Source of the DNA: Macrostomum lignano
Taxonomy: Eukaryota
DNA: 64,000 bases
Reading direction: 5' to 3'
Assembly: GCA_002269645.1 (NCBI GenBank)
Contig: NIVC01000479.1
Span: forward strand, 248,001 to 312,000
Below are positions 24,396 through 36,887 of this stretch, one piece after another. The stretch's first letter is position 1; each line of letters begins with the position of its first letter. The notes beneath the pieces are model-generated. The model worked only from the letters and a program-made list of their open reading frames with translations, did no database searches and was not told where the DNA came from. A program made the translations under genes and the position numbers.

Positions 24396-24937
24396 AGTCT
24401 AAACAATGGTTTGGTAAAATAGTAGATTAGTAGACAACCAAAGCAGGCGGTATTCACACACTTTTGCAATTGCAACTCGTGGGAAGGTACATGTAGAATA
24501 GGCAGTAAGAACTTTAGGTCATGCATGCATGTAAAATGACGCAGCATTTTCCAACAGAACCTGACAAAAAACTCCGCCACAAAAAGCAGCAATTCTAAGC
24601 AATTAGCGATTGCAAGAACTCTTTAAGTAAACTGGAACTTGTAGAGAGTCTACTATTTAGCATAAGCGCTCCGCCTGTCTGGGTGCAGCTCGAAAGCGAG
24701 TCAAAGGCAGCGTTGTAATTCTCTCACTCCGCTCTGCGAATTTTGCATTGCGGGCTGTACTTTTGGTTTTATCTGTGTAAAAAACTTTTTTAATCATTTT
24801 TCAATAAATACTACTTGATAAATGGCTGGACTGCAGTAGAAAGTAAAGAAACAGCTGAGTAAAATCTATCCACATTTTTATCAAAAACTACAATCCATGG
24901 CTAAAAAATTCCATGTACAAAAATATGTATCGCTTAC

Positions 24938-25420
24938 AGCTGCCTGTACAAGAATCTGTATAGTTTCCAGCTGCCTGTACAAGAATCTGTATAGCTTCCA
25001 GCTACCTGTACAAGAATCTGTACAGTTTCTAGCTACCTGTACAAGAATCGGTATAGCTTCCAGCTACTTGTACAAGAATCTGTATAGCTTCCAGCTACCT
25101 GTACAAGAATCTGTATAGCTTCCAGCTACATGTACAAGAATCTGTATAGCTTCCAGCTACATGTACAAGAATCTGTATAGCTTCCAGCTACATGTACAAG
25201 AATCTGTATAGCTTCCAGCTACCTGTACAAGAATCTGTATAGCTTCCAGCTACATGTACAAGAATCTGTATAGCTTCCAGCTAGCTGTACAAGAATCTGT
25301 ATAGCTTCCAGCTACCTGTACAAGAATCCGTATAGCTTCCAGCTAGCTGTACAAGAATCTGTATAGCTTCCAGCTAGCTGTACAAGAATCTGTATAGCTT
25401 CCAGCTACCTGTACAAGAAT
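24938..25420. repeat. 31-bp minisatellite (TGTACAAGAATCTGTATAGCTTCCAGCTACC), ~15 copies
   Basis: Direct reading. Confidence 0.95.
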
Positions 25421-25931
25421 CTTCTGTGTACAGCACAGAAAAATCAAGAATTGGATCAGTATAAAATGACAAAGCTGCTACATGTACATTAGCCTTTTAA
25501 ACCACCCGGAAGGCAACCTCCCGGATCAGTTTAGCAATGATTAATTCTGACGAGTCTGAAAGGTTTCTCAGCCAGCCAACTAGTAAAGGGTGGAAAAATG
25601 ACTAAATATAGAATTCGAACTACTCGGAGGCATGAGCACAGCAGTTTGCACCAATGATGCTATCTTAGATTAAAAAAAGCATATAAAACTTTTTTATTTT
25701 ATCAACTGTAGTCCTTCCTTGAGTCAGTGAACTGGCCTGTGCACACAAGCTCGAAGCGGCCAATATTAAATATTCTATTTTTAGACACAACACTTGGTAC
25801 TCAATTCAAATCAGAATGCACATCATTATTTGAGACTCGGTCTATTTAAACAGCAGAACCCTCTCGCAGTTGCTCAGGTAAATTTAGAAACAAAATTAAT
25901 TCGTTCTATCGCCATATTTACTAGACAGACA

Positions 25932-27933
25932 ATGCCGAATAACAGCAAAGAAACTGCTGATAAACTGGTGAATATTGAAGCAAATTTTGCTTGCTGGCAG
26001 CCGGCACTTGTTCTGGCATGCGTTGCTTTCATTTGCTCAACCGCAGTGGCCTCCTACTCGGTGTCCGTTTACATTAACAATCCGATTTTCGGTAGATCAC
26101 CAGACGAACCGGTAAGATCTGTCACTTACCTGGGTAATAAATCAGATTTCTATAAGTGAAAATTTTCATCACAGTGAAAACAATTCATTCTAAACCATCA
26201 TACTTTCGATAGGTCAGCATGCACTTTGTTTTGGATAAGCAAAAATTGAAGACTTGTGCGCGTTCGGGACTTCGTGTGAAGTATACCGACTTGCCGTGCA
26301 TGAGATCGGACACTGAGTATTACACTATTGGTGAGGGGATGGGACTGGCTGCCCCACTTTTGTCTGGTGTGGATATGGTGGCTGTCTTAGAGGGGCTGTT
26401 TTAAGCGGGCTGTGGGACTGTGTTTAAGGGGGGTGCTGTAAAGGGGGGCTGTTTTAAGGGGGCTGTTTTAATGGGGCTGTTTTAATGGGGCTATTTTAAT
26501 GGGGCTGTTTTAAAGGGGGGCTGTTTTAATGGGGCTGTTTTAATGGGGCTGTTTTAATGGGTTGCTGTTTTAATGGGGCTGTTTTAATGGGGCTGTTTTA
26601 ATGGGGGGCTGTTTTAATGGGGCTGTTTTAATGGGGGGCTGTTTTAATGGGGCTGTTTTAAAGGGGGCTGTTTTAATGGGGCTGTTTTAATGAGGCTGTT
26701 TTAATGGGGCTGTTTTAATGGGGGGCTGTTTTAATGGGGCTGTTTTAAAGGGGGGCTGTTTTAATGGGGCTTTTTTAATGGGGGCTGTTTTAATGGGGCT
26801 GTTTTAATGGGGCTGTTTTAATGGGGGGCTGTTTTAATGGGGCTGTTTTAATGGGGCTGTTTTAATGGGGCTGTTTTAATAGGGCTGTTTTAATGGGGCT
26901 GTTTTAATGGGGCTGTTTTAATGGGGTGCTGTTTTAATGGGGCTGTTTTAATGGGGGGCTGTTTTAATGGGGCTGTTTTAATGGGGCTGTTTTAATGGGG
27001 CTGTTTTAATGGGGCTGTTTTAAAGGGGGGCTGTTTTAATGGGGCTGTTTTAAGGGGATGTTTTAATGGGGCTGTTTTAAAGGGGGGCTGTTTTAATGGG
27101 GCTGTTTTAAGGGGATGTTTTAAGGGGGCTGTTTTAAAGGGCGGCTGTTTTAGTGGGACTGTGTTTAAGGGGGGTGCTGTAAAGGGGGGGCTATTCTAGG
27201 AGGCTGTCTTAGAGGGGTTGCTTTAGGGGTGGTGTTTAGGGGGTGGTGTTTTAGGGGGGGGGACTTTCTTAGGGGGACTCACCATAAAACACGACATCAT
27301 TAAACGCCAAACAGACGGATGCCTCGGACCCGTAGTCTGCCGAGACGAGTGCCAGTCGGACTCATCGCGCACAGTCGGCTGCCGTTGCCATGACAATGCC
27401 GGAGGTTTCAACTTGACCGGAAATTCGGGCAGCGTCGGATTAAATATGGGAGGTGTTTATCTGATTTATGCCCAGGTAAGTGAGTTATCGATTTCTCAGT
27501 CAGTGGAATCCTGACCCCAGAGGAACCCCAGTCAGGGGAATCCCAGTCAGGGAAATCCCAGGCAGGGGAATCTCAGTCGGGGGAATCCCACTCCGGGGAA
27601 TTCCAGTCAGGAGAATCCCAGTCAAGAGCATTCCAGTCAGTGGAACGTTAATGTTGAACGTTGAACTTGGCAAATGATTTATCCCCAAACCAGGTCAGCT
27701 TTCGAGATTCCGAGTCCAGCCCAGTTGCCGTGTCGCTGCAGGTGAACGGCAAGCACACTTCGGCCCAGTGTCATCAGGCGAACTCGATGTCCAACGGCTC
27801 ATACTGCGTCATCAATAGTCAAAGACGATTCAAAGTAGGCGATCGAGTGGCCGTGCACTCACCTGAGGCCTTCAGAGTTGTCAACGCAGATAGCGCAGTC
27901 ACGTTCTGGGGACTGGTGCGCCTGTCTGACTGA
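25932..27933 (+). CDS. TNF-superfamily ligand-like type II membrane protein A, 4 exons, 246 aa
   Basis: Exons 25932-26111, 26213-26330, 27273-27475, 27694-27933; GT-AG introns with phases 0,1,0. N-terminal TM (ALVLACVAFICSTAVASYSVSVYI); TNF-homology motifs MHFVL, GGVYLIYAQ|VSF, FKVGDRVAV, TFWGLVRL-stop. Confidence 0.85.
26395..27260. repeat. ~14-bp G-rich array (GGGGCTGTTTTAAT) filling intron 2 of TNF-like A
   Basis: Direct reading. Confidence 0.95.
27505..27645. repeat. Degenerate 15-bp array (GGGGAATCCCAGTCA) in intron 3 of TNF-like A
   Basis: Direct reading. Confidence 0.8.
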
Positions 27934-28669
27934 CATCCTTAACAAGCGTACAAATTATTTTTGATAGCCTAGCTAGCTTGTCGCTCGAACATGAACTTTT
28001 AACGGACATGTAAATCATAGTTTTTTAGTTTGTCATTTAATGTATTTTTCTCATATAGGATTGCCATGTTTATAAAGAATAAGGTTAACCAAAGAAACTT
28101 GTACATAACTGATAAGTATTAAGTTTTTAGCTGATGCAGAAACTGCAAGAAATGACCTCGAATTCACCTGCGTAAAAGAGGATATGATATGAAAACAGAA
28201 AACGTCAATATGCCAATACTGTCTGTATGCAGGCACACACTCACACACGCTCATACAGGGTGTACAAGATTGGACGTCACCATTCTTCATGAAACGCCAC
28301 ATGCCATCGAACTGCTACACTTTGTCTATCTGGATATATCGACATTATATTATATAGTATAGCTCGTACACAAGCTGTTGAAACCCGCGGATTTTGAACC
28401 CGGGGAATTCCAATCCCCGGAACTACTTTTGCATGTATTCTGAAATCTAAGGCCATACACAAACAAAAACTTGTTAATAGTTAGTAGGATAGAGGTAGAC
28501 ATAAAATGGAGCACATTCGTGTAAAATTAGGGTTTGAGGCAAACGTTGATATTGTTGGCTGGGGTACTCCGCAGAATGCCAGGAAATGTCTGTCTGACTC
28601 TAAAACATGTGTTGGCAAACTCTGGCCTCTCCCTGACTCTCCCTATGTCCCTTGGATCCTTTAAAATTT

Positions 28670-29127
28670 CTATCGTCTCTTCTGTTTCCTTTCTTCTCTC
28701 TCGTCCCTCGTCTCTCCTCTCTCCTCTCTCTTCTCTCCTCTCTTCTCTCGTATCTTCCTTCATCTCTCTTCTCTTTCATCTCTCTTATTTCATCTCTTCC
28801 CTATTCTTTTCTCTCTCCACTCCTCTCTCCTTTCTACTTTTCGTTTTCTCTCTGCTCTCCTCTCTCCTCTCTACTTTTTCGTTTTCTCTCTCCTCTCCTC
28901 TCCCCCCCTCTTCTCTCGTCTCTTCCTTCTCCTCTCTATTCTTTTCTCTTATCTCTTAACTCTCTCCTCTACTCTCTCATCTCTCCTCTCTACTCTTTCC
29001 TTTCTCTCTCCTCTCTCCCTTTTCTCTCGTCTCTTTCCTCACCTCTCTTCTCTCTCGTCTGCTCTTTCATTTCTCCTTTCTCTTCCTTTATCTTTTCTCT
29101 CTTATCTCTTCTCGTTTCTCTCTGCTC

Positions 29128-29204
<77 letters not shown>

Positions 29205-30020
29205 CTCTTCTCTCCCATCTCTTTTCTCCTCTCTACTCTCTCCCCTCTTCATTCTCCTATTTCCTCTTCTCTCTCCCTGTCTCTCCTCTCTCCTCTAGTC
29301 TCTGTAATCTCTTCTCTCTTATCTTTCCTCTGTTCTCTCTACTCCCATCTCTCGTCTGTTCATTTGCTCTCTCATCTGTCATCTTTACTCTCTTATACGT
29401 TCTCTCACTTATCTCCTCTGTACTCGTCCCTTTCACCTCTTCTGACTCCTTTTTTCTTTACTCCTCTCTTCTTTTCTCTTCCCTCTTCTATACTCTCTCT
29501 CCTCTATTATCTTCTCTCGTCTCTCTGCACTCTCCTCTCACCTTTTTCATCTCTCATCTTTACTCTCTCATCTCTCCTTTCATCTGTCTCATCTCTTTCC
29601 TCTCTCCTCCTCTTCCCTTTACTCTCTCATCTCTCCTTTCTCCCCTCTTCTTACACCCCTCTCTTATCACTATCTCTTCTCTTCTCACTCCTCTCCCCCC
29701 ATCTTATCTCCTCTCTTCTCTATCCTTTCTACTCTCTCCTTTCTAATCTCTCCACTCCTCTTGACCCTCTGTCATCTTCTTTCTGCTCTCTCATCTCTAC
29801 TCTCTTTTCACTCTTCTCTACTCTCCTCTCATCGATCCTCTGTCTCATCTCTCCCCTCTTCTAACCTTACTCTTTCCTCTCCCTCCTTTCTCCCCTCTTC
29901 TCGCTTCTTCCTCCCTTCTTCTCTGCTCTCCCCTCACCACTTGTCTCTCCTCTTATATTCCATGTTTTCTCATATCCCCCTCTCGCCTCTCCTCTCTTCT
30001 AATAGTCTATTCCTTCTCCT
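28670..30020. repeat. 1.35-kb polypyrimidine (CT-rich) low-complexity tract with a pure (CT)n core near 29130-29200
   Basis: Direct reading. Confidence 0.95.
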
Positions 30021-30480
30021 TTCCACTCTCATCTGGCCTGAACATAAGCTGGATTCTTTATACGGCTTCTGAAGTAAAAATCTACCCATTCCTGCTTGGA
30101 AAGCCAGTTTGTGGGACGTAGTAGTACTCTCATTTCTGTTCTCATGCTTTGATCATGTCATCTTTCTTGCCAATTTGCAGTCCTGAAAGGAATTTGTGTA
30201 TTTTCAGCTCCACTGCAGTCTGCATCAGTCTAACAACCAAGGAAATACGCATTTCTTAGGAGGACATTTAAAATTTAAGGTACTTTTAAGAGAAACTTAA
30301 AATTTCCATGGTGTGCCTAATTTAGTAGGGTTGTATTGCATTGCATCACCTTTTCATAAATCTTTCGCTTTCACAAACCATGCCAGATTGCCTTGATTTG
30401 CCAATTGCCATCCACTGTTAAACTGCTGCAGAGTTTGCCAATACAGAGGTGAGGGCAGTGGTTAGAATTTCTCACTAAAC

Positions 30481-33189
30481 CAGTGCTGGGCAAGTTAATC
30501 AATTTTTTTAACTTGTTAAAAGTTAAAAAGTTAATTTAATTGCTCCAAAAAAATTAACTGTAACTAGTTAATTATTTAACTTTTGCCCAAAATTTAACTT
30601 CTGAAAAGTTAAAAGTTAAAGTTAATAATTCCCTAACAGAAAAAGTGACATTTTCCTGGACATGTGTTCGGCGTGTTTTTTAAATTTCAGGTCGGCGCGG
30701 CGCGGCTGTGGCCAGGTCGCGGCGCCCTGGGGAGCTTGTCAGGGAATACTCCCCTGGGAATTAGACCGGGGACCCTGGGGAGAAAAAAAGCATTTTTAAC
30801 TAAATTTTTGCCATTTAAATAAGAAAATCATTCACAGAAAGCTGATTGAAACTCTGTCTATGCTTTTTTACCACAAAACTGCTTATTTCAATGTATTATT
30901 TCAAACACAACACACGTTTGAATGGGGGGGGGGGTTCATAAGACTGAAATTTCACAACGCCGAAACACCATACTTCACAAGACCGAAACTTCATAAGACC
31001 AGAATTTCACATTGTAGAAAACTTTACAATAAGGATTGTATTGCATGTAGAATTTTCGGCGTTGTGAAATTTCGGTCTTATGAAATTAGCAACCCGTTTG
31101 AATGTTTTTTTTTCACTATGAGTCTTTCAATCAAGCAAATTGAATGTACGAGCGTAGAAACCTGTCAGGAAAAAAAAGCCTTACTGACTATTGTGTTGGT
31201 CTACGTTGACGGCTTGACAGATTTGACACAGGCACAGCGCCATATCCTGTGTCAGTCACTGACGCATAGGGGGGTGTCATACAATAACAAAATACTCCGT
31301 ATTAGACAGGACAAAATGGTGATTTACATGTATCTGCAAGAAATTAAAATTCCGATTATAAAAACAGTCTCATTCATTAATTATCCTCCCACGAGTGCAG
31401 CTGCTGAGTATGCATTTTCCGCCTCCGGAGTCTGGACCCTTTCTGATAAAGGTGTGCACACGATTTGGTGATGCCATGTTGTCAAATACAGTATACGCGT
31501 CTTTCTCTGGGGCCTTTGAGTTCGCGTTCTCACTTTCTTAAGATAGATGTCTAGCGGTCTAAGGTTCTTACAGCTCTTAGTCTCTCCTATCAGGCCGTCA
31601 GAGAAGACCGTATAAACTGACGGGATCTCCTAGTATCTAAGCTGAGTTGGAGTCTCCCTAAGATTTGCCCTATGTCACAGTTAAGGCAAATGATCGATTT
31701 GAGACTCGGGTTTCTGCCAACTGGATAATCCAGAAACTAATTCAAATGGAGCAATTCAAGATCGAATAACTGCGCAGGAAAAAAACGAAGCGCCGCTCCA
31801 GTTTGAGATGAGCGTCTATTTGTACCAATTAGCATGTTTGGCCTCCCCCGCCGCCGGTGGGGTGTCTTCGCGTTGTTAGCAACGGCGGGGGTTTTGAGCA
31901 ATAACAAACTGGGACTCAGTCCCCTAATTGTACATGAATTTAGTTAGTTCTAGTAGGTTGCTAAGTGTGGAGGTTAGAGATTATTCGGGCTTTCGCAAAT
32001 CTATGTGTTGAGTTGGATAAAATTTGGGATAGAAAGATTATAGAAAAAGTGCTTAGTTTTCCGTCTCTACACTCTGTCCATGAATGATTAAACAGTCCTC
32101 TGTTTCTCTCGGTTGTCAGGCAGCTTGGGGTTGATCTCGCCTTCTTGGGCAGCTTCGGGTTGGGTAGGAGTCTCTAGGTGGGCCTCACGTTTTCTCCCTC
32201 AGGGTGCGCCAGAAGATGCCGCGTGCCGCGTTGTTCTCTAAGTCAGGCTGCTGCTCAGTTTGCTTTTCCCGGCCGGTTTAGTCGCCATTGTGCCTGCGGC
32301 GGGGTGACGCTACTAACTGGAATGGAAGGAGGCTTTGTTAGATTCGGCTATTCAAATTGACTTGACAGTTGATTAATTATCTTAAAGCTGCTTCTGTTTG
32401 CTCTTCTAATAGCTATATAGGGGTTCCATTGTACTCTTCTGCCTCGCCCTTCACTGCGCCTGGGCTTTTCATAAATTTCTACCTATCTTCTAACTTGGGG
32501 TCAAAACTTCAGATTTCTAACTCTTATATACAGTTTTAAACAAACATTGCTTAAAGTTTTTACCCTTGCGCCTTGAATATGTAGTCCATCCAAAGCTTTA
32601 ATCAAAGTTTAAAAAATGCCACTTAGTGACTTATAAAGATCTAAGTTATCCGCCGTTTTTTACTTATTTTTTTCCCGGGATCCCCGTGGAATGACAGTAA
32701 ATTCCCCAGGTCCCCAATAAGAAAATTCCCTGGGGAATCGACATCCCTATGTACAACGATAACTTCTAGTAGTCATTGGGTAGAATATCAATAGATAATA
32801 GTTGAAGATTCCAGAATATTCCGGAATATTCTATACATGATAACTTGTAACTGAAATATATACATGTAATAGTTTGTGACGCATTAAATAATGCTTAGAA
32901 AGGCGAAGTTATTTTATGTATGTATTAATTTTACTTTTTAATGGCATACAAGCTGTTGAAACCCGCGGATTTTGAACCCGGGGAACTCCATTTCCCGGAA
33001 TTATTAACTTTTGTCATTTAACTTTAACTTACAGGAAAAAATTAACGATTTTTGTTAACTAGTTAATACATAAAAAATTTAACGAAAATTTAACGATTTT
33101 TTAAAAAATTTAACTAGTTAATTAACTAGTTAAACAATTAACTAGTTAATTAACTAGTTAAACAATTAACTAGTTAACGCCCAGCACTG
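30481..33189. mobile_element. Non-autonomous hAT-type DNA transposon, 2.7 kb
   Basis: 11-bp TIR CAGTGCTGGGC at both ends; perfect 8-bp TSD CACTAAAC (30473-30480 and 33190-33197); AGTTAA-rich subterminal repeats; no transposase ORF recognised. Confidence 0.9.
30924..31094. mobile_element. Mutator-like MITE nested in the hAT element
   Basis: Inverted repeat TTCATAAGACYGAAATTTCACAACGCCGAAA at both ends; 9-bp TSD CGTTTGAAT (30915-30923 and 31095-31103); the outer left TIR reads as a G-run. Confidence 0.75.
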
Positions 33190-33419
33190 CACTAAACTGT
33201 TGTGGCTAAACGTAGCCTCCACGGAGGTGCAAAGAAGGATATAAAGAAAGCTATTCCAAAACACTGTACATTTGTTATGTACATTCAGTCCTATCGCCTG
33301 ACCCTTGGTCTGGCTCTGGGGGAATGAGTGAGTGAGTGAGTGGCACAAACAACAGAAAAAGCAGACAAACTTCACATGCTTACAGTTTCTGCTCTGAATG
33401 AGTTACAGAGTTGAAACTT

Positions 33420-34130
33420 TACATTTAGATAGAGAATGAGTCAATAAAGAATTTTGTCAAGATCAAAGTCAATCGCTTCACGTGGAGCAAACTTATGGCA
33501 GCCGAAAGTTAGTCAATTTTTAAACCCCTTTTACACATCTGGGCCCAGATCGGGAAAGAGAGGCAGGCGGACGGAGGTTGGGGTGGCTGTCTCGCTGAAA
33601 AAACAGCCTAACTTTAAAAGTGCACAGCGCCGTTCAAAATTGAGTTTGAGACTTGAAATAGTACACGATTGTGCCAAAATAGTTGAAGATTGTCTGTGTC
33701 AAATTTGAAGAGAATCGGTAGAAGTGGAGCGGCGCTACGAAGGATTAAGTAAAAAAACGCGCATTTTGAGCAGTTTTTTGCACTTTTAGGTAGGAAGACT
33801 CAAATTTAAGAAATGTAAAAGTAGCCTAAGACATTCTCCGTAGTGAGTTTAGGGTGGGTGCAAAATTTGGTGTCATTTGGTTGAGTGGTTTGGGAGTCCA
33901 TAGCGATCAAAATTGTCCACAGACAGACAGAACACAGACGGTTGTGATTTTTCTACGAGCGTATGTAGAGTAGAGATTAAAATGGCCTAAAGCCTGATCC
34001 GGAAAATTTGCAGTTTTCCCATATAAGTTTTGACGCTGACTTGCCAGGATTGTAGGAGTTCACTTGCAACATACAGACAGACAGACAGGCAAACATCGCG
34101 TCGGTTTTAGTATTAGGAGAGAAGAGATAA
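33420..34130 (+). mobile_element. Probable non-autonomous rolling-circle-type (HINE/DINE-1/Lep1-like) element(s) carrying (ACAG)n
   Basis: AAATTTGGTG...GAGTGGTTTGGGAG...ACAGACAGACAG...GTAGAGTAGAGAT layout resembles such elements from general knowledge; boundaries uncertain. Confidence 0.4.
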
Positions 34131-34587
34131 ACGCTAGTGTTATTTTTTTAAATGAACCAATTATCTAACTCAGACAGAAGAGAAAAACAGACAATAATCA
34201 AGACCATTTTAATACAGCAGGCTTGAGTGGAACAATGAAGTATTCAGAAGTGTCTGGCCGAGTCTTGAGCACAGAATAAATATAGGCAGAAAAGTAGAAC
34301 TTCCCTTTTATTTGTCTAAACAAACTATTTAGACAGAGTTTCTTATGAATAAACACTGACTCATGCTTATAGAGGTCAACTTAGAAATTTAATCTCAAGC
34401 TCAGTGCAGTGTGCGCAGCACTGTACAGAGTGAGTTACACGTACATGTATTTTGAGTGGGCAATTCGAAAAGCTTGAAGTCAAAGAAGTAGAAGTTTTAC
34501 ATGAGACAGTGAGATTGTAGCTATAGAAACAACTCAAAAAATGTCCTGTCTGAGCTTTATAAAAATTTCAGTTTTGAGGGTAAAAAT

Positions 34588-35305
34588 CTTGGTTGCGGCG
34601 CTAAAATCTTGCTTGTGCTGCTAAAATCTGGCTTGTGGCGCTAAGTCTTGCTAGTGGCGCTAAAATCTTGATTGTGGCGCTGAAATCTTGCTTGTAGCGC
34701 TAGAATCTTGCTTTTGGCGCTAAAATATTGATTGTGGCGCTAGAATCTTGGTTGCAGCGCTAGAATCTTGCTTTTGGCACTAAAATATTGTTTGCGGCGC
34801 TAAAATCTTGGTTGCGGCGCTAGAATCTTGCTTTTGGCGCTAAAATATTGATTGTGGCGCTAAAATAATGTCTGTGGCGCTAAAATCTTGGTTGCGGCGC
34901 TAAAATCTTAGTTGTGGCGCTAGAATCTGGCTTGTGGCGCTAAAATCTTGCTTTTGGCGCTAAAATCTTAGTTGTGGTGCTAGAATCTGGCTTGTGGCGC
35001 TAAGTCTTGCTAGTGGCGCTAAAACCTTGATTGTGGCGCTGAAATCTTGTCTGTGGCGCTAAAATCTCAGTTGCGGCGCTAAAATATTGATTGTGGCGCT
35101 AAAAAAATGTCTGTGGCGCTAAAATCTTGGTTGCGGCGCTAGAATCTGGCTTGTGGCGCTAAGTCTTGCTAGTTGCGCTAAAATCTTGATTGTGGCGCTA
35201 AAATAATGTCTGTGGCGCTAAAATCTTGCTTGTGGCGCTAAAATCTTGCTTGTGACGCTAAAATCTTGCTTGTGGCGCTAAAATCTTAGTTGGGGCGCTA
35301 AAATC
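34588..35305. repeat. 20-bp minisatellite (GGCGCTAAAATCTTGCTTGT), ~35 copies
   Basis: Direct reading. Confidence 0.95.
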
Positions 35306-35504
35306 TGTAGCTTTAAAGTCTTGTAACACTAAAGTTAAAGTTTCCAACAAAGATTTACTCGAATTATCCTACTAAGCAGTCATACTGCAGACTACTTTAA
35401 GTAGCTATAAGAGACGTACAAAGTTTTGGCCAATTTAGTGTTGCCAAAATCATTTCGAGACGAAAGCTTTGCTGATGAGTGCCAATTTTAATCCCACTGT
35501 ATAT

Positions 35505-36245
35505 AGCAGTGTCAGTTTTGGCGCCACTGCATATGGAAGTGTCAGTTTTGGCGCCACTGTATATGGGAGTGTCAGTTTTGGCGCCACTGTATATGGAAGT
35601 GTCAGTTTTGGCGCCACTGTATCTGGGAGTGTCAGTTTTGGCGCCACTGTATATGGGAGTGTCAGTTTTGGCGCCACTGTATCTGGGAGTGTCAGTTTTG
35701 GCGCCACTGTATCTGGGAGTGTCAGTTTTGGCGCCACTGGGAGTGTGAATTTTGCGTCATTGGAGTGTCAGTTTTGGCGCCACTGGGAGTGTGAATTTTG
35801 CGTCATTGGAGTGTCAGTTTTGGCGCCACTGGGAGTGTGAATTTGCGTCATTGGAGTGTCAGTTTTGGCGCCACTGAGAGTGTGAATTTGCGTCATTGGA
35901 GTGTCAGTTTTGGCGCCACTGAGAGTGTGAATTTTGCGTCATTGGAGTGTCAGTTTTGGCGCCACTGGGAGTGTGAATTTTGCGTCATTGGAGTGTCAGT
36001 TTTGGCGCCACTGGGAGTGTGAATTTTGCGTCATTGGAGTGTCAGTTTTGGCGCCACTGGGAGTGTGAATTTTGCGTCATTGGAGTGTCAGTTTTGGCGC
36101 CACTGGGAGTGTGAATTTTGCGTCATTGGAGTGTCAGTTTTGGCGCCACTGGGAGTGTGAATTTTGCGTCATTGGAGTGTCAGTTTTGGCGCCACTGGGA
36201 GTGTGAATTTTGCGTCATTGGAGTGTCAGTTTTGGCGCCACTGTA
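35505..36245. repeat. Composite array: 30-bp units (to ~35740) then 45/46-bp units, sharing core GTGTCAGTTTTGGCGCCACTG
   Basis: Direct reading. Confidence 0.95.
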
Positions 36246-36887
36246 CGGGAGTGTAAAAATTTTAACGCTGCTAGAGGAACTGTCAATTTTGGCGCAGCAT
36301 GAAGCGTCAGTTCCGGCGCCATTGAGAGTCGCAACTCTCAAAGCTCCGACATTGGCACCATGTCAGTACGTGTTGTCAGTTATGGCGCTACAGTTTTCAT
36401 TGAAATTACAGCATTACAGAATGCATTAAAAGAGTAAAACCACAGTCGATCAGCTCTCTCTGTATACCGGCATATGACTGAGCTCATGTCAATGCACTTC
36501 CTACAATCTGGCAAGTCGCAGACAAAGCTAATGAAATTAACATTCACTGTCTAATAAATGAAATTCCAGAGACTCTTTGTAAGAGAACTTCGATAGAAAG
36601 GGGAACTTCGACTCCGTGCGCAGGCTGTAGGTTTTAAAACATAAGCACGTGGTATAGGTGCGTACTTTCCGCTGGATAGAGGGTTGGGGTTGAGGTGAGA
36701 AGGTAAGAAAATGAGTGGGCGTTGAGCATGGCACTAAAGCAGTTGAAATAAAAGTTAAAAGCACAGAAAAGCAGACTATAATATGGAACCAACGCAAACG
36801 CTTAAAGAGCAGCTATAGTTTTTTAAAAAGTAAAATAAGAAACGAGTCTTACTTGAGCAGTTGCATGACAATTACAACTCAAGCGGA

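Noticed and set aside
28652-29864. Leu/Ser/Phe-rich membrane-like ORFs
   Set aside because: Artefact of a polypyrimidine tract, which cannot form stop codons
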